From positions 1 through 64,000 of IMG/VR virus record IMGVR_UViG_3300049482_000044: a stretch of 64,000 nt of DNA. One strand, 5' to 3'. This document shows, piece by piece, positions 63,545 to 64,000 of the stretch (its first letter is position 1; each line of letters opens with the position of its first letter). The translations under genes and the position numbers were made by a program. This DNA is from a virus. Taxonomy: Duplodnaviria; Heunggongvirae; Uroviricota; Caudoviricetes. The notes beneath the pieces were generated by a model that saw only the letters and a list, made by a program, of their open reading frames with translations, was not told where the DNA came from and did not search any database.

Positions 63545-63720
63545 AAGTCGAAACCCTCAGCGATATCGCGCTGCGCGTAGCCGATCTGCGCGAGCACGAT
63601 GTCCTCGGGCGCGAAGTCCATGTCACCCAGGCTCGACTCAGCGACGTCCTCAGCGAGGTAGTCGGGCAGGCCGCAGGCGGCGGCGAGGTCGCGCGCGGCG
63701 GTGAAAGAAAGGTGGGTCAT
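63541..63720 (-). CDS. small acidic protein (59 aa), not in the ORF track
   Basis: Strong SD GGAGGAACC-ATG; the frame stays open to the TAA at 63541. Confidence 0.45.
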   Translation of the reverse strand: MTHLSFTAARDLAAACGLPDYLAEDVAESSLGDMDFAPEDIVLAQIGYAQRDIAEGFDF

Positions 63721-63866
63721 GGTTCCTCCTGGTTGGCTGATGACGAAAGTCTAGCATGCTGGTCTGACAGAACACAAGCAAATCCGGCGATTATTAGGCT
63801 CGATCTTAACTTGCTTTCTCAGGCCTGGCGGGGGAAGATCTTGCCCCGTGGGGCCTTGCTAGTCAA
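63721..63866 (-). repeat. regulatory repeat unit R11
   Basis: CTGTCAGACC box; AAATCCGGCG; GGGGGAAGATCTTGCCCC palindrome overlapping GCCCC-GT-GGGGC; CTAGTCAATACG. Confidence 0.5.
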
Positions 63867-64000
63867 TACGCACAGAGTCTCGAAGGTCGAAGGCTACCTG
63901 CCCAGAGCGGCCCACGTCGGCGTATCCGTAGGCGTCATATTCTACCAGTGTGTAGCCGAATCGGTCAAGATCATCCAGGAACTCATCGAACCACTCCCAA
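63848..64000 (-). CDS. hypothetical protein (C-terminal fragment; gene continues beyond the window)
   Basis: The minus-strand frame is open from the window edge to the TAG at about 63848; acidic. Confidence 0.3.

Noticed and set aside
52440-63870. Possibility that the GATCTTGCCCCGCC repeats are a CRISPR array
   Set aside because: Repeats are not identical, spacing is irregular (0.3-1.2 kb), each interval contains a complete gene with its own start signals, and no cas genes are adjacent. They behave as intergenic regulatory cassettes.
1-64000. Integrase/attP, lysis cassette (endolysin), portal and major capsid genes
   Set aside because: I could not recognise any of these from sequence motifs in this window. 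The structural and lysis modules presumably lie outside it, and only the fibre-like ORF at 77..907 hints at the end of a structural block.

Overview
This 64-kb window reads as part of a large tailed dsDNA phage genome; my inference is that the host is an actinobacterium. The evidence for that host call is two WhiB-like Fe-S regulators, an Lsr2-like DNA-binding protein, and leaderless TTGACA-N17-TAnnnT promoters. From 1 to 51.8 kb nearly every gene is on the + strand. A replication and recombination module sits here: DnaB-like helicase, DnaG-like primase, DnaE-type Pol III alpha with a PHP domain, MazG-like hydrolase, RecA-like recombinase, Cas4-like nuclease and RuvC-like resolvase. It is followed by a terminase large subunit whose P-loop is interrupted by a LAGLIDADG intein of about 358 aa, many HNH homing endonucleases and an endonuclease VII. 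There is a sugar-modification cassette (epimerase plus three to four glycosyltransferases), three calcineurin-like phosphoesterases and an SPFH/ClpP-like pair. Between 23 and 42 kb, and again on the minus strand at 57.8-58.4 kb, I count roughly 30 tRNA or tRNA-like genes plus a tmRNA with an unusually long tag ORF. Several of the tRNAs are structurally odd: two lack a D-arm, and two carry Leu anticodons but have only a short variable loop. From 52.6 to 64 kb the genes switch to the minus strand. Here an array of small genes, many Cys-rich, includes a WhiB-like protein, Lsr2-like proteins and an rIIA/rIIB-like pair. These genes are punctuated by at least 12 copies of a composite intergenic repeat unit. 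Each unit carries a TTCGTAA box, a CGCCGGAAA box, mutually exclusive GC hairpins sharing a GCCCCG arm, and a promoter abutting the start codon. Three units also carry TAGTC-N3-GACTA operator-like palindromes. The converging gene blocks meet in a gene-free, AT-rich region of about 0.9 kb (51.84-52.64 kb) with bidirectional terminators and extra copies of the TTCGTAA box. All tRNA anticodon and boundary calls were folded by hand and are approximate.
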